A stretch of DNA of 51,750 nucleotides from Nitrosomonadaceae bacterium (GCA_021300055.1 JAJTHU010000035.1:1-51750), one strand, 5' to 3'. Counted from the stretch's first letter, positions 1 through 9,603 are shown. Notes: generated from the letters alone by a model not told the origin. Program-made: numbers and translations.

Positions 1-375
1 ATCGTGCAAGAGCCGCAGCCGCTCGCTGAAACCGCGATCTTTCGCTACCGAGCCGTCAGTGTCGCCGACTCATCGAGGCTGCTACCGCCGCATACGGTGG
101 GACTACTCACCGGGCAGGAGGTGCTGACGGTCAGCTCAATGCGCACCAAACTCGCGGCACAGCTAGCAGGCCTTGGCGTTGGCTTTCTGCCAAGGCACCT
201 TGCAGAGCCTTATCTGCGAGATGGGCGGTTAGTCGCGCTGGCAGTCAGCACACCGCGCCCGCCGTCCCCCACTGTCGTCGGCTGGCGGGCGAACCGCACA
301 GGACGTGCGCTGCGCTGGTTTATCCACGAGTTTGAAGATCGACGCGTCGCGGCATCGGTCCTTGGGGAATCATGA
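1..375 (+). CDS. LysR-family transcriptional regulator, C-terminal (effector-binding) fragment; 5' end lies outside the window
   Basis: Frame is open from base 1. The sequence LAAQLAGLGVGFLPRHLAEPYLRDGRLVAL is typical of the LysR substrate-binding domain C-terminus. The TGA stop at 373-375 overlaps the next ATG (ATGA). Confidence 0.6.
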   Translation: MVQEPQPLAETAIFRYRAVSVADSSRLLPPHTVGLLTGQEVLTVSSMRTKLAAQLAGLGVGFLPRHLAEPYLRDGRLVALAVSTPRPPSPTVVGWRANRTGRALRWFIHEFEDRRVAASVLGES

Positions 376-1346
376 GCGCGCCGTCCACCCCTCCGCACGA
401 CGGAGCGAACCACGCAGCAGCGCCTCATGCCAACCCTCAACGATCGGCAATAGAGGCGGGCGTCACCCGCTACGTGGGACGATTCGCACCATCCCCCACG
501 GGCCCGCTGCATCTGGGTTCACTCGTTGCCGCGCTCGCGAGTTACCTCGATGCAAGGGCATACCATGGCGAATGGCACTTGCGGATCGAGGACGTCGACG
601 AAACCCGCTGCCACGTCGAGCACACCGACAGCATTCTGCGCACGCTTGAAGCTTGCGGACTGGAGTGGGACGGCCCGGTAGTGACGCAATCTTCGCGCAA
701 AGCGCGCTACGCGGAAGCGTTGGACGCACTCAGAGCGCAGCAGCGCCTTTATGCGTGCGTGTGCTCACGTCGTGAGATCGCCGACTCTGCGATTAACGGG
801 ATAGACGGTCCAGTCTATCCGGGAACATGCCGCACGGCTGCACATCCTGGGCCCGGCAATGCGCTGCGCTTCAAGATCGAAGACGCACAAATCGACTTCC
901 ACGACCGCCTTCAGGGCATCCAGTCTCAAAACCTCGCGCGCGACATCGGCGACTTCGTGGTGCGACGTCGCGATGGACTAGCGGCCTACCAGCTAGCCGT
1001 CGTGGTTGACGATGCCGATCTCAGGGTAACCCACGTGGTGCGCGGCGCAGATTTGCTCGACTCAACCGCACGCCAGATCGCAATTCAGCGGGCGCTGGGG
1101 GTTACGACTCCGGCCTATCTGCATGTCCCGGTGCTGGTCAATACAGAAGGTCAGAAACTCTCAAAGCAGACACTCGCACCAGCCATAGACCCACAGAATC
1201 CACTTCCAGCCCTGCAACAAGCGCTCGCTTTCTTGATACAACCCCTCGGCAAGGGCGCCGGATCAGCAACCGAACTACTCGGAATGGCGATCGGCCAATG
1301 GAATCCGCAGTTGGTGCCCAAGACCCGGCACCTATCCCTCGATTGA
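372..1346 (+). CDS. gluQ: tRNA glutamyl-Q(34) synthetase (GluQRS / YadB)
   Basis: RFAPSPTGPLHLGSLVAALASYLDAR...WHLRIEDVD matches the class I Glu-tRNA synthetase-like catalytic core of YadB. Zn-site-like CVCSR...YPGTCR is present and KLSKQ stands in place of KMSKS. There is no anticodon-binding domain (about 300 aa). The start is uncertain; 372 is the only in-frame ATG upstream of the conserved core. Confidence 0.88.
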   Translation: MSAPSTPPHDGANHAAAPHANPQRSAIEAGVTRYVGRFAPSPTGPLHLGSLVAALASYLDARAYHGEWHLRIEDVDETRCHVEHTDSILRTLEACGLEWDGPVVTQSSRKARYAEALDALRAQQRLYACVCSRREIADSAINGIDGPVYPGTCRTAAHPGPGNALRFKIEDAQIDFHDRLQGIQSQNLARDIGDFVVRRRDGLAAYQLAVVVDDADLRVTHVVRGADLLDSTARQIAIQRALGVTTPAYLHVPVLVNTEGQKLSKQTLAPAIDPQNPLPALQQALAFLIQPLGKGAGSATELLGMAIGQWNPQLVPKTRHLSLD

Positions 1347-1599
1347 GGGTGCTCCGCTTTCTGTCGCACTTGGTCGTCGTCAAATACGGGTCACGAATCC
1401 GTTTCTGCATTTCGTCGCGTCCAATTGGAACTTTGTCCATGACCCGAGCAAAGTGCAGCGTGCCGAATGATGGCCAAGATTGGTTTGGTCGTCCCTTGAA
1501 CCGGCTGGGCGTGCTTCGGCCGCCCGTTGCAGCCCCTCGCAAGCCTGTTGTCGCTACCGCAAGCTAACTTCGCCTTCCAGAAAACCAAGAAAGCAAAAT

Positions 1600-2811
1600 A
1601 TGTTTTCAATCAATTCACTCAAGCGTTCCAGCAGTTCTTCCGGCAACAGTGGATCGCGCAAGCGAGGCTGGGTCAAACTCAGCGTCGCTGTGCTCACGGG
1701 CATCCTCGTGGTGGGCTCTCTCGTCGCATGGCGCGCAAGTTCGGCCAAGAAGGAAGAGCCGAAGAAAGCCGACAAGGTTTTTGAGTTCAGCAAGAGCGAC
1801 CTTGCAGTATTGGCGCCGCGCGAACTCGGCAACATGATCCCGCTTTCGGGAAGCCTCAAGCCTGTCACGCAAGCGGTTGTGAAATCAAAGGTCGCGGCCG
1901 AGGTGGCGAAAGTTCACGTGCGCGAAGGCGAGCGCGTCGCAGCCGGCCAAGTGCTGGTTTCTTTGGACACCGCCGACCTCAAAGCGCGCGCCGACGCTCA
2001 AGCTGCGCAGGTTGCAGAAATGCGCGCACGTTTGGATCTTGCTCTCAAGAACGAGGCCAACAATCGCCAACTCCTGCAAAAGAACTTCATCTCGCAAAAC
2101 GCGTTCGACGCGGTCAGCAATAGCGCCGAGGTAGGGCGTGCCAACCTCAAGTCCGCAGAAGCGCAAGCGGCGATCACGCAGCGCGCACTCTCTGATGCTT
2201 CGATCCGCGCGCCGTTCAGCGGCATTGTCGCGCGCCGCATGGTCAACATCGGCGAGAAGGTATCTCCCGACATGCCCATCATGCAGATTGTTGATTTGAT
2301 GCAGATGGAACTTGAAGCACCAGTTCCTGTGGCAGAGATTCCCGGCATCAAGGTGGGACAAGAGATTTCGTTTACCGTTGATGGGTTTGGTGACCGCCAG
2401 TTCAAGGGCAAGGTTGAGCGTATCAACCCGTCTGCCGAGGCAGGCTCACGATCCATATCGGTGTTCCTCGTGCTCGCCAACCCTGATCTGTCGCTGAAGG
2501 GCGGAATGTTCGCCAACGGCAAGCTGGCTGCGCAATCTCGCGGTCCGGTTAACGCCGTCCCACTCGTTGCACTCCGTGAAGAGGGAGGACAGAGCTTTGT
2601 GATGGTGCTCGACAAAGACAAGATTGAGCGCAAGCCAGTGACCGTCGGTGCCCGCAGCATCGACCTTGGGTTGGTCGAGATTCGAGACGGCCTCTCCCCT
2701 GGCACGCAGGTTATCGCGGTAAAGATGGAAGGGCTCAAGCCTGGCGCAAGCGCAATCATTCGCGCTGATGGTCCCGCCCCGGCGCCTGCGGCACCTGCGG
2801 CCAAGTCTTGA
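1600..2811 (+). CDS. efflux RND transporter periplasmic adaptor subunit (HlyD/MFP family)
   Basis: N-terminal TM anchor (WVKLSVAVLTGILVVGSLVAW), coiled-coil region, and lipoyl/beta-barrel motifs (IRAPFSGIVARR, V..GD..V). Start chosen at ATG 1600 (MFSINSL...) instead of the ORF-track TTG at 1480. Confidence 0.85.
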   Translation: MFSINSLKRSSSSSGNSGSRKRGWVKLSVAVLTGILVVGSLVAWRASSAKKEEPKKADKVFEFSKSDLAVLAPRELGNMIPLSGSLKPVTQAVVKSKVAAEVAKVHVREGERVAAGQVLVSLDTADLKARADAQAAQVAEMRARLDLALKNEANNRQLLQKNFISQNAFDAVSNSAEVGRANLKSAEAQAAITQRALSDASIRAPFSGIVARRMVNIGEKVSPDMPIMQIVDLMQMELEAPVPVAEIPGIKVGQEISFTVDGFGDRQFKGKVERINPSAEAGSRSISVFLVLANPDLSLKGGMFANGKLAAQSRGPVNAVPLVALREEGGQSFVMVLDKDKIERKPVTVGARSIDLGLVEIRDGLSPGTQVIAVKMEGLKPGASAIIRADGPAPAPAAPAAKS

Positions 2812-2894
2812 AATCAAACCCAATAGGTAATCGTTGCATTGCCGCGCGGCAGTCACGCTGCGCACGGATTCTTCGGAGCAAAGTGACCTATCCA

Positions 2895-2941
2895 CGGGCG
2901 TTTTTCAGCCGTTTTTGCCTGAAAACGCCCGCCAGTCAATG
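2895..2941 (+). repeat. Intergenic hairpin repeat, copy 1 (core TGAAAACGCCCGCCA at 2920-2934)
   Basis: CGGGCGTTTTTCAG (2895-2908) pairs with CTGAAAACGCCCG (2919-2931). The core and flanks recur at 12697-12742 and 39627-39665. Confidence 0.6.
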
Positions 2942-3032
2942 AATTTGCATAGCCGCTCGTAATGTAAACGACGATGCGGCAACAACAACGCAGCAATAAC
3001 ATCGCGCAGGCAGTTGCGCTAGGGAGTTCCCC

Positions 3033-6000
3033 ATGTGGATGACCAAGGTATCGATCAATAACCCCGTATTCGCCACCATGGTAATGGCGGCACTAATGGT
3101 GTTGGGCTTGTTCTCGTACATGCGCTTGCCCGTCGATCAGCTGCCTGATATTTCGATCCCCATTGCGGTGATCTCGACACCGTATCCCGGTGCTTCCGCG
3201 GAAGCAGTGGAGCAAGAGGTCACGCGGCCGATTGAGCAGGCTGTCAACACGATCAACGGTGTAAAGAGCATCCGCTCGTCTTCGCAGCTGGGTTACGGTT
3301 GGGTCGTCGTCGAGTTTCAACTCACCGTTGACCCACGTGTGGCGATTCAGGATGTGCGCGACAAGGTCGCGGAGGCACGGCGCGGCTTCAATCGTGACAT
3401 TGGTGAACCAACGGTCTCGCGCGCGAGCATGGACGACGATCAGCCACTGATCTACTTGTCGATGCAGTCTGAGTCACGCAGCTTGCGCGAGCTCTCTGAC
3501 CTCGCCGATCAACTAGTGGTGAAGCGCCTACAGGGTGCGCCGGGCGTCGGCAATATCGAATTGTCTGGTGATGTCGGTCGCGAGCTCGCGATCAACCTTC
3601 GCCCCGAGAAGATGGCTGCCTACGGTATCGGTGTTAACGAAGTTATCAACGCACTTCGCACCGAGAACCAGAACATCCCGGCGGGCGCACTCGTTTCAGA
3701 CACCAGCGAGCGCATGGTGCGCGTGCAGGGCAAGATTCGCAATGCCGACGACTTCAGCCGGATCATCGTCGCACGCCGCGGTGGCTCGGGGGGAATCACC
3801 GCAACGGGTGCGACCAGCACCAACAGCTCCAATGCGATCACGCTCGGCCAAATCGCCGATGTGCGCGACGCCCAGCGCGAGGAGACGTCAATCTCGACAC
3901 GCGATGGCAAGCGCGCCATCTCAATCAACATCCGCAAAACGCGTGGCGCCAACACCATCGAAATGGCTGACGGTGTGCGTAAGCAAGTGGCGGAACTCAA
4001 GAAGTCGCTGCCGTCCGATATCAAGCTCGATATCACCTTCGACCGCTCAGAGTTCATCAAGAACGGGGTAGATAACGTCAAGCACACCATCCTTGAGGGT
4101 GCGTTGCTGACGGTGCTCATCGTGTTCTTCTTCTTGCACTCCTGGCGCTCTACCGTCATTACCGGTCTCACGCTGCCGATTTCGATTTTTGCATCGTTCA
4201 TCGCCTTGTATGCGATGGGTTTCACCATCAACTTCATGACCCTGCTGGCCATGTCGTTATCTATCGGCATCTTGATTGACGACGCCATCGTGGTGCGCGA
4301 GAACATCGTCCGCCACTTGGCAATGGGCAAGACACACCGTCAGGCCGCGTTCGAGGCAACAAACGAAATTGGCCTCGCGGTGATGGCGACGACGTTCACC
4401 ATCGTTGCGGTGTTCTTGCCGGTCGCGTTCATGGGCGGCATCATCGGCAAGTTCTTCCTCCAGTTCGGCATCACGGTTGTCGTTGCGGTAATGGTCTCGC
4501 TGTTCGTATCATTCACGCTCGATCCAATGCTGTCGTCGGTCTGGCACGACCCAAAATCGAAGTGGATGGAGCGCGGCGCCGTTAAGTGGCTGCTTGATAA
4601 GCAGGAAGCGGGCATGAACTGGTTGCACGCCCACTACGACACATGGTTGCGTTGGTCGCTACGTAAACGCAAAACCACACTTGCCATCGCAGCGACAACA
4701 TTCTTTGGTTCGTTTGCACTAGTACCCTTTATCGGCTCCGAATTCGTACCGCAGGAGGACAACAACTGGACCAGCGTGCAAATCCAAACGCCTATCGGCT
4801 CGTCGTTGAGCTACACCAACTCCAAGGCCGAACAAGTTGAAGAGGCGCTCCGCGATTTCCCCGAAATCAAATCGATCTCGAAGAATGTCTTCAAGAACAA
4901 TGCTTGGTTTGAACTACAACTGACACCCAAAGAGACGCGCAAGCGCTCGCAGAAGGAACTCGACGATGCGATTCGTACGCGCTTGAATCGGATCGCTGGC
5001 TTGGAGATCAACATCGGCTTCAACCGACCCATTCAAGTTTTTGTGATGGGTCCTGACATCAAGGAACTCGACCGCATCTCGCAAGAAGTCATGACCAAGA
5101 TGAAGGCGGTCAAAGGCATGGTCGATGTGGAGTCAACCTTTAAGCCGACGAATCCTTCGCTGGACATCAAGGTGAATCGCGAGTTGGCTTCCGACCTGGG
5201 CGTGTCGATGAATGAAATCGGCGTGACTACCCGTGCATTGATCGCCGGCGAGCCTGTGGGTCAATGGGAAGGACCAGACGGCGAGAACCACCAAATCATG
5301 GTGCGTTTGCCGCGCAGCGAGCGCAGCAGCATCAGCGACTTAGACAAAATTTATGTGCGTGCCAATGGTGTGAATAGCGATGGCACGCCGCGCATGGTGC
5401 CGCTGCGCCAAGTTGCTGACTTCGAACCTTCTCTCTCTGAGCGCCGTATCGATCGCCGCAACTTGCAGCGCCAGATCCGCATCATGGCCGGTGTGGCCAA
5501 CAACGTCAGCGCGGGCGATATGTCGGCCGAGGTCAAGAAGATTACCGAGTCGATTACCCTGCCCCCTAGCTATCGCTTCCAGTTCGGCGGTTCCACGCAG
5601 GACATGGCTGAGTCCTTGGGATACGCGGTTGCTGCACTCGCACTCGGCGTGATCTTCATTTACTTCATCCTCGCATCGCAGTTCGGCAGCTTCTTGCAGC
5701 CTATCGCCATCATGGCGTCGCTGCCGTTATCGCTGATCGGTGTTTTCCTCGCCTTGCTGGTATTCAAGACAACACTCAATCTGTTTAGTGTGATCGGCTT
5801 CATCATGCTGATGGGCCTCGTTACGAAGAACGCGATCTTGCTCGTGGACTTCACGAACCAAGGCATTCGCGAAGGTAAATCACGAGAGGAAGCCATTCTC
5901 GCGGCAGGCCAAGTTCGTCTGCGTCCGATCCTTATGACCACAACTGCGATGATCTTCGGCATGCTTCCGCTGGCACTTGCCTTCGGCGCGGGCTCCGAGC

Positions 6001-6218
6001 AGCAGTCGCCAATGGCACACGCGGTGATCGGCGGCATCATCACCTCGACCATCATGACATTGGTGGTTGTTCCGGTGCTGTACACCTACATGGATGCGTG
6101 GGGTGCCAAAGCATCGGCATGGTTTGCACGCAGTGCTCCGCCTGAGCATCGTACGCCAGAGGCATCCGGTTCAGCGGGTGGCTCGATCGAACCGGTATAT
6201 CAGCGCAAAGAAGACTGA
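3033..6218 (+). CDS. efflux RND transporter permease subunit (AcrB/HAE1-like, 1061 aa)
   Basis: 12-TM architecture with two large periplasmic loops. Typical motifs include INNPVFATMVMAALMVLG, LSIGILIDDAIVVRENI and MGLVTKNAILLVDF. A GGGAG-like RBS precedes the ATG. Confidence 0.95.
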   Translation: MWMTKVSINNPVFATMVMAALMVLGLFSYMRLPVDQLPDISIPIAVISTPYPGASAEAVEQEVTRPIEQAVNTINGVKSIRSSSQLGYGWVVVEFQLTVDPRVAIQDVRDKVAEARRGFNRDIGEPTVSRASMDDDQPLIYLSMQSESRSLRELSDLADQLVVKRLQGAPGVGNIELSGDVGRELAINLRPEKMAAYGIGVNEVINALRTENQNIPAGALVSDTSERMVRVQGKIRNADDFSRIIVARRGGSGGITATGATSTNSSNAITLGQIADVRDAQREETSISTRDGKRAISINIRKTRGANTIEMADGVRKQVAELKKSLPSDIKLDITFDRSEFIKNGVDNVKHTILEGALLTVLIVFFFLHSWRSTVITGLTLPISIFASFIALYAMGFTINFMTLLAMSLSIGILIDDAIVVRENIVRHLAMGKTHRQAAFEATNEIGLAVMATTFTIVAVFLPVAFMGGIIGKFFLQFGITVVVAVMVSLFVSFTLDPMLSSVWHDPKSKWMERGAVKWLLDKQEAGMNWLHAHYDTWLRWSLRKRKTTLAIAATTFFGSFALVPFIGSEFVPQEDNNWTSVQIQTPIGSSLSYTNSKAEQVEEALRDFPEIKSISKNVFKNNAWFELQLTPKETRKRSQKELDDAIRTRLNRIAGLEINIGFNRPIQVFVMGPDIKELDRISQEVMTKMKAVKGMVDVESTFKPTNPSLDIKVNRELASDLGVSMNEIGVTTRALIAGEPVGQWEGPDGENHQIMVRLPRSERSSISDLDKIYVRANGVNSDGTPRMVPLRQVADFEPSLSERRIDRRNLQRQIRIMAGVANNVSAGDMSAEVKKITESITLPPSYRFQFGGSTQDMAESLGYAVAALALGVIFIYFILASQFGSFLQPIAIMASLPLSLIGVFLALLVFKTTLNLFSVIGFIMLMGLVTKNAILLVDFTNQGIREGKSREEAILAAGQVRLRPILMTTTAMIFGMLPLALAFGAGSEQQSPMAHAVIGGIITSTIMTLVVVPVLYTYMDAWGAKASAWFARSAPPEHRTPEASGSAGGSIEPVYQRKED

Positions 6219-6226
6219 CGCGCTAG

Positions 6227-6249
6227 GGCAGCTGACAAAGTCAGCTGCC
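6227..6249 (+). terminator. Hairpin between convergent RND pump and GGDEF genes (candidate terminator)
   Basis: GGCAGCTGAC-AAA-GTCAGCTGCC is a perfect 10-bp stem, followed by GGTCTTGTCC, which is only weakly U-rich. A second inverted repeat GTCAGCGAC/GTCGCTGAC lies at 6271-6314. Confidence 0.45.
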
Positions 6250-6336
6250 GGTCTTGTCCTGGTCGAGTCCGTCAGCGACCTAGCGGATTTTTTGGATGGC
6301 GGCGAGTCGCTGACTGCGCGTCAGCATCGCGAATTC

Positions 6337-7512
6337 TTACTCAGCTTTGGGGGAAGCCGTGCAGCGATTTCGCCCTGAGCGCTTGGCCGCGTAGAGCGCC
6401 TCGTCGGCTCGAGAGACCAAGCCGCCAATTTCCTCCAGCCGCGCCCGGTCCAGCTCTGCGACACCAGCACTCACCGTCACTGGGATCGCGGGCTCGTCCT
6501 TCCCTGTCTTGAAAATGAACGCTGCGTTTTCCACGGCACGGCGGACACGCTCCGCGAGCGCCAAGGCCTCGTCCGAGGTCGTATTGGGCAAGAGCACACA
6601 AAATTCCTCGCCGCCATAGCGAACGAAGAGGTCTTCTTGTCGCAGACAGAAGCGCGTGATCTCGACGAAGCGCTTCAACACAAAGTCGCCCGCGAGGTGA
6701 CCATGCCGATCGTTAATCACTTTGAAGTGGTCGAGATCCAACATGACCAACGCCAGCGGTGTGTCGGCACGACGGCTGCGCGCGATTTCCTTCTCAGCCA
6801 ATTCCAAGAACGTCCGGCGATTGAATACGCCTGTCAGCGGGTCGGTCACCGCAAGTTGGTTGGCCGCATCTTCAGCACGGTCTTTCTGTAGAACCAAGAA
6901 GCCGACCGATGTCAGGATAAGCACGCCAAACGACATGAACATGCCGATTTCAAGAAGACTGGTAGTGGACTGTGCGCCGCCAGCACTATCGGGCAACACG
7001 ATGACTGGCAGCGCGCGTACCAAAAACGCCAATGAGCCAAATGCATAGCCGACGACAATCAAACGCAAGCCCGCTGATTTCATGCCGGACCCGAGATAGG
7101 ACGCGAGTAACGCCATCACCACGTAGCCGACGCCGAAAAAGACACCCGCGAAGATAGACAAGGTGTTCGCGCTCGTCGCAGCAAGTCCGAACAGCACGGC
7201 AACGAGGAACGCGGGCAAAAAGTGCCACCAACGGTTAAGTGTGCGCCCAAAGAACTGAAACAGCGCGGCGGCTTGGAGCGTTAGAAACGTTGCCAAGACG
7301 GCGTGCGCGATCACGTGATAGAACACAAGTTGGGACGCCGCAGAGATCAGGAGCAGCGAATAAGCTGCTGCCTGCACCACCATTGACGCCAGCCACAGCC
7401 ACAGCCCGTCGCGCGATTGGCGCAACGGCGTGCTGATGGCCGCACTCAAACTCACCGCGAGGATAAGGCACGCGGCGAGATTCATAACGAGGATGGTTTT
7501 GACTTCAAACAT
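6337..7512 (-). CDS. diguanylate cyclase (GGDEF domain) with a multi-pass membrane N-terminal domain
   Basis: C-terminal DPLTGVFNRR...MLDLDHFKVINDRHGHLAGD...RYGGEEFCVLL. An RxxD I-site (RQED) lies 5 residues before GGEEF. About 7 hydrophobic helices occupy the N-terminus. Start placed at MFEVKT (7512); the ORF track extends to 7581. Confidence 0.85.
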   Translation of the reverse strand: MFEVKTILVMNLAACLILAVSLSAAISTPLRQSRDGLWLWLASMVVQAAAYSLLLISAASQLVFYHVIAHAVLATFLTLQAAALFQFFGRTLNRWWHFLPAFLVAVLFGLAATSANTLSIFAGVFFGVGYVVMALLASYLGSGMKSAGLRLIVVGYAFGSLAFLVRALPVIVLPDSAGGAQSTTSLLEIGMFMSFGVLILTSVGFLVLQKDRAEDAANQLAVTDPLTGVFNRRTFLELAEKEIARSRRADTPLALVMLDLDHFKVINDRHGHLAGDFVLKRFVEITRFCLRQEDLFVRYGGEEFCVLLPNTTSDEALALAERVRRAVENAAFIFKTGKDEPAIPVTVSAGVAELDRARLEEIGGLVSRADEALYAAKRSGRNRCTASPKAE

Positions 7513-7674
7513 GCTAGGCAATCTAGCACCGGCATGGCCCATTCGCATCGGGGTAAACCCCGGTAATTCGACGAGAGGCACAGCGCGCGGGGTGAGCGGT
7601 CAAAATCGCGCGCGACGTTTGTAAACAATTGTCGACACGGTCTCGCCCAGCGCCATCGCTGCGCGCTTGGTGGA

Positions 7675-9294
7675 TCAGAAGCCGACGGCGTGACCGTCCT
7701 TGCGGTGATCCGATCCGGCAACGTAGCCAAGGGGCGTACGCCACACCAGCTGGGCGCCCCCGAAGGCGAAGTTCACCGCCTCTGCAACGGCGAGACGATG
7801 CCCGCGCGAGGTGAGCGCCGCACCGATAGAGGTAGCGAGAGCTGGCTCAAGTCCGATCGTGCCATCTGCGTTTACGATCCAGCGCGCAGCATCTGACGCC
7901 GTTTGCGGGTTCTGGCCGTAGTCATGGATGCGCGTCACCATCTGCACGTGACCTTGCGGCTGCATATGTCCACCCATCACACCGAACGCCATTAGTGGCT
8001 GTCCACTCGTGTCGGTGAGAAACGCAGGGATGATGGTCTGATACGGACGCTTCTTTGGGCCAACTGCATTTGGGTGACCTGCCGTCCGCACAAAGCCATG
8101 ACCGCGGTTTTGCAAGCTGATACCTGTACCACGCACCACCACACCTGAACCAAAGCCCATGTAGTTCGACTGAATGAGACTAATCATCATCCCAGAGGCA
8201 TCGGCGGCACAGAGATAAATCGTACCTCCCTCCGTTGGGAAGCCGTGCGTCGGGTTCCCGGCACGCGACATATCGATTAATGCTGCGCGCTCACGCAAAT
8301 ACTGTGGGGCGAGTAGCGCAGCGGTCGGCACATCCATTGTGGTGGGATCGCTGATGTAACGATACGCATCGGCGAAGGCGAGCTTCATCGCTTCGATCTG
8401 CAGATGCACGCTATCGATCGAGTCGACTGGATACTGCTTCAGATCAAATTCGCGAAGGATGCCGAGACAAATGAGTGCCGCGAGACCTTGCCCATTGGGC
8501 GGAATCTCGTGCAATCGAACATTGCGGTAATCGAGATGAATCAGGTCCACCCAATCCGCGCGGTGCTCGGCAAAGTCAGATAAGGCGTGCACGCCGCCAA
8601 GCGCCGCCGCGTGCGCAACCATCTTGGTTGCGAGCGCGCCGCGATAAAAACTTTCGCCCTGCGTTTCAGCGATCTCGGCCAGCGTATCCGCCTGATCCTT
8701 ATAGACCCAGTGCTCACCTGCACTGGGGGCACGGCCATCGCGAACAAACTCGCGTTGAAAATCAGGCTCGCGGATCATCTCGGCCTGGCGCGCCCAACTT
8801 GCGGCTGTTATCGGCGACACCAAGTGGCCTTCACGAGCGTAGCGAATTGCCGGCTCCAGCACACGCGACAGTGGAAGTTTGCCAAACCGATTTGCCAGCG
8901 CCATCCACTGCGAGACCGCACCGGGAATGGTCACCGTATCGATGCCACGCTCCGGCATGCGCTCGCTAGCGCCGTACTTGCGCTTGAAGTATTCGGGTGT
9001 CCACGCGGCGGGGGCACGGCCAGAGGCATTCAATCCGTGCAGTTCCTTCCCATCCCAGACGATGGAAAAACCATCCGACCCAATACCGTTCGAGGTTGGC
9101 TCCACAACCGTTAGGGTCGCAGCTGTAGCGATCGCCGCATCGACTGCGTTGCCGCCCTCCGCCAACATCTGAAGGCCGGCTTGTGCGGCGAGCGGCTGCG
9201 AGGTTGCGACCACATTGCGCGCCATCACGGGCATGCGTTGTGACGGATACGGGAATTCGTAACCGAACATATTCTGGTTGAACGACATGCTCAT
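7675..9294 (-). CDS. gamma-glutamyltransferase family protein (YwrD/cephalosporin-acylase-like class)
   Basis: 539 aa with no obvious signal peptide. GGT-family hallmarks: SQPLAAQAGLQMLAEGGNAVDAAIA, a GGTIYL autoprocessing-Thr region, MGFGSG and GVMGGHMQPQGH. Confidence 0.85.
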   Translation of the reverse strand: MSMSFNQNMFGYEFPYPSQRMPVMARNVVATSQPLAAQAGLQMLAEGGNAVDAAIATAATLTVVEPTSNGIGSDGFSIVWDGKELHGLNASGRAPAAWTPEYFKRKYGASERMPERGIDTVTIPGAVSQWMALANRFGKLPLSRVLEPAIRYAREGHLVSPITAASWARQAEMIREPDFQREFVRDGRAPSAGEHWVYKDQADTLAEIAETQGESFYRGALATKMVAHAAALGGVHALSDFAEHRADWVDLIHLDYRNVRLHEIPPNGQGLAALICLGILREFDLKQYPVDSIDSVHLQIEAMKLAFADAYRYISDPTTMDVPTAALLAPQYLRERAALIDMSRAGNPTHGFPTEGGTIYLCAADASGMMISLIQSNYMGFGSGVVVRGTGISLQNRGHGFVRTAGHPNAVGPKKRPYQTIIPAFLTDTSGQPLMAFGVMGGHMQPQGHVQMVTRIHDYGQNPQTASDAARWIVNADGTIGLEPALATSIGAALTSRGHRLAVAEAVNFAFGGAQLVWRTPLGYVAGSDHRKDGHAVGF

Positions 9295-9485
9295 CCCGTG
9301 CTGTTAGGGTTGCTCTGGGCCGATAGCTGCTTTATCGCGCGCTCGTACTCCCAAAGTTCTTCCTCGTAAATGTCCATCACACAAGGAATACACCCCGTGC
9401 CACAGCACTCGTGTGGCTCGGGCTTGCGCGGCGGCTTGGGTAACGCAGGAGAAGGCTCGGGCTGGGGCTGAGTTTCGGCGGTCAT
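9291..9485 (-). CDS. small Cys-rich protein with an oxidoreductase-like N-terminal domain (PF09791-like)
   Basis: 64 aa with a Pro-rich N-terminus, then ECCGTGCIPCVMDIYEEELWEY (the CC-x-GC-x2-CV-x-D-x-Y signature). Its TGA overlaps the GGT ATG (ATGA at 9291-9294). Confidence 0.65.
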   Translation of the reverse strand: MTAETQPQPEPSPALPKPPRKPEPHECCGTGCIPCVMDIYEEELWEYERAIKQLSAQSNPNSTG

Positions 9486-9603
9486 GCTCGCATTTTACGC
9501 GAGCGAAATTCAGCCCACTGGGCGTGGGGCACGGGAGACCAACTAGCTAGCGCTCGTCAGCCCCTTACCAGAGGCGCGGCCGACGCGGGGTTAATGCAGA
9601 TCG

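Noticed and set aside
2913-2934. The repeat core as a PurR-type (GCAAACGTTTGC-like) operator
   Set aside because: There is only a partial resemblance (AAACG) and no CG-centred dyad. The sites are not associated with purine genes.
1998-4330. Long minus-strand ORFs (1998-2804, 268 aa; 3620-4330, 236 aa) opposite the RND adaptor and pump genes
   Set aside because: They are shadow frames of strongly supported genes, with low-complexity S/A/R/P-rich translations and no start context.
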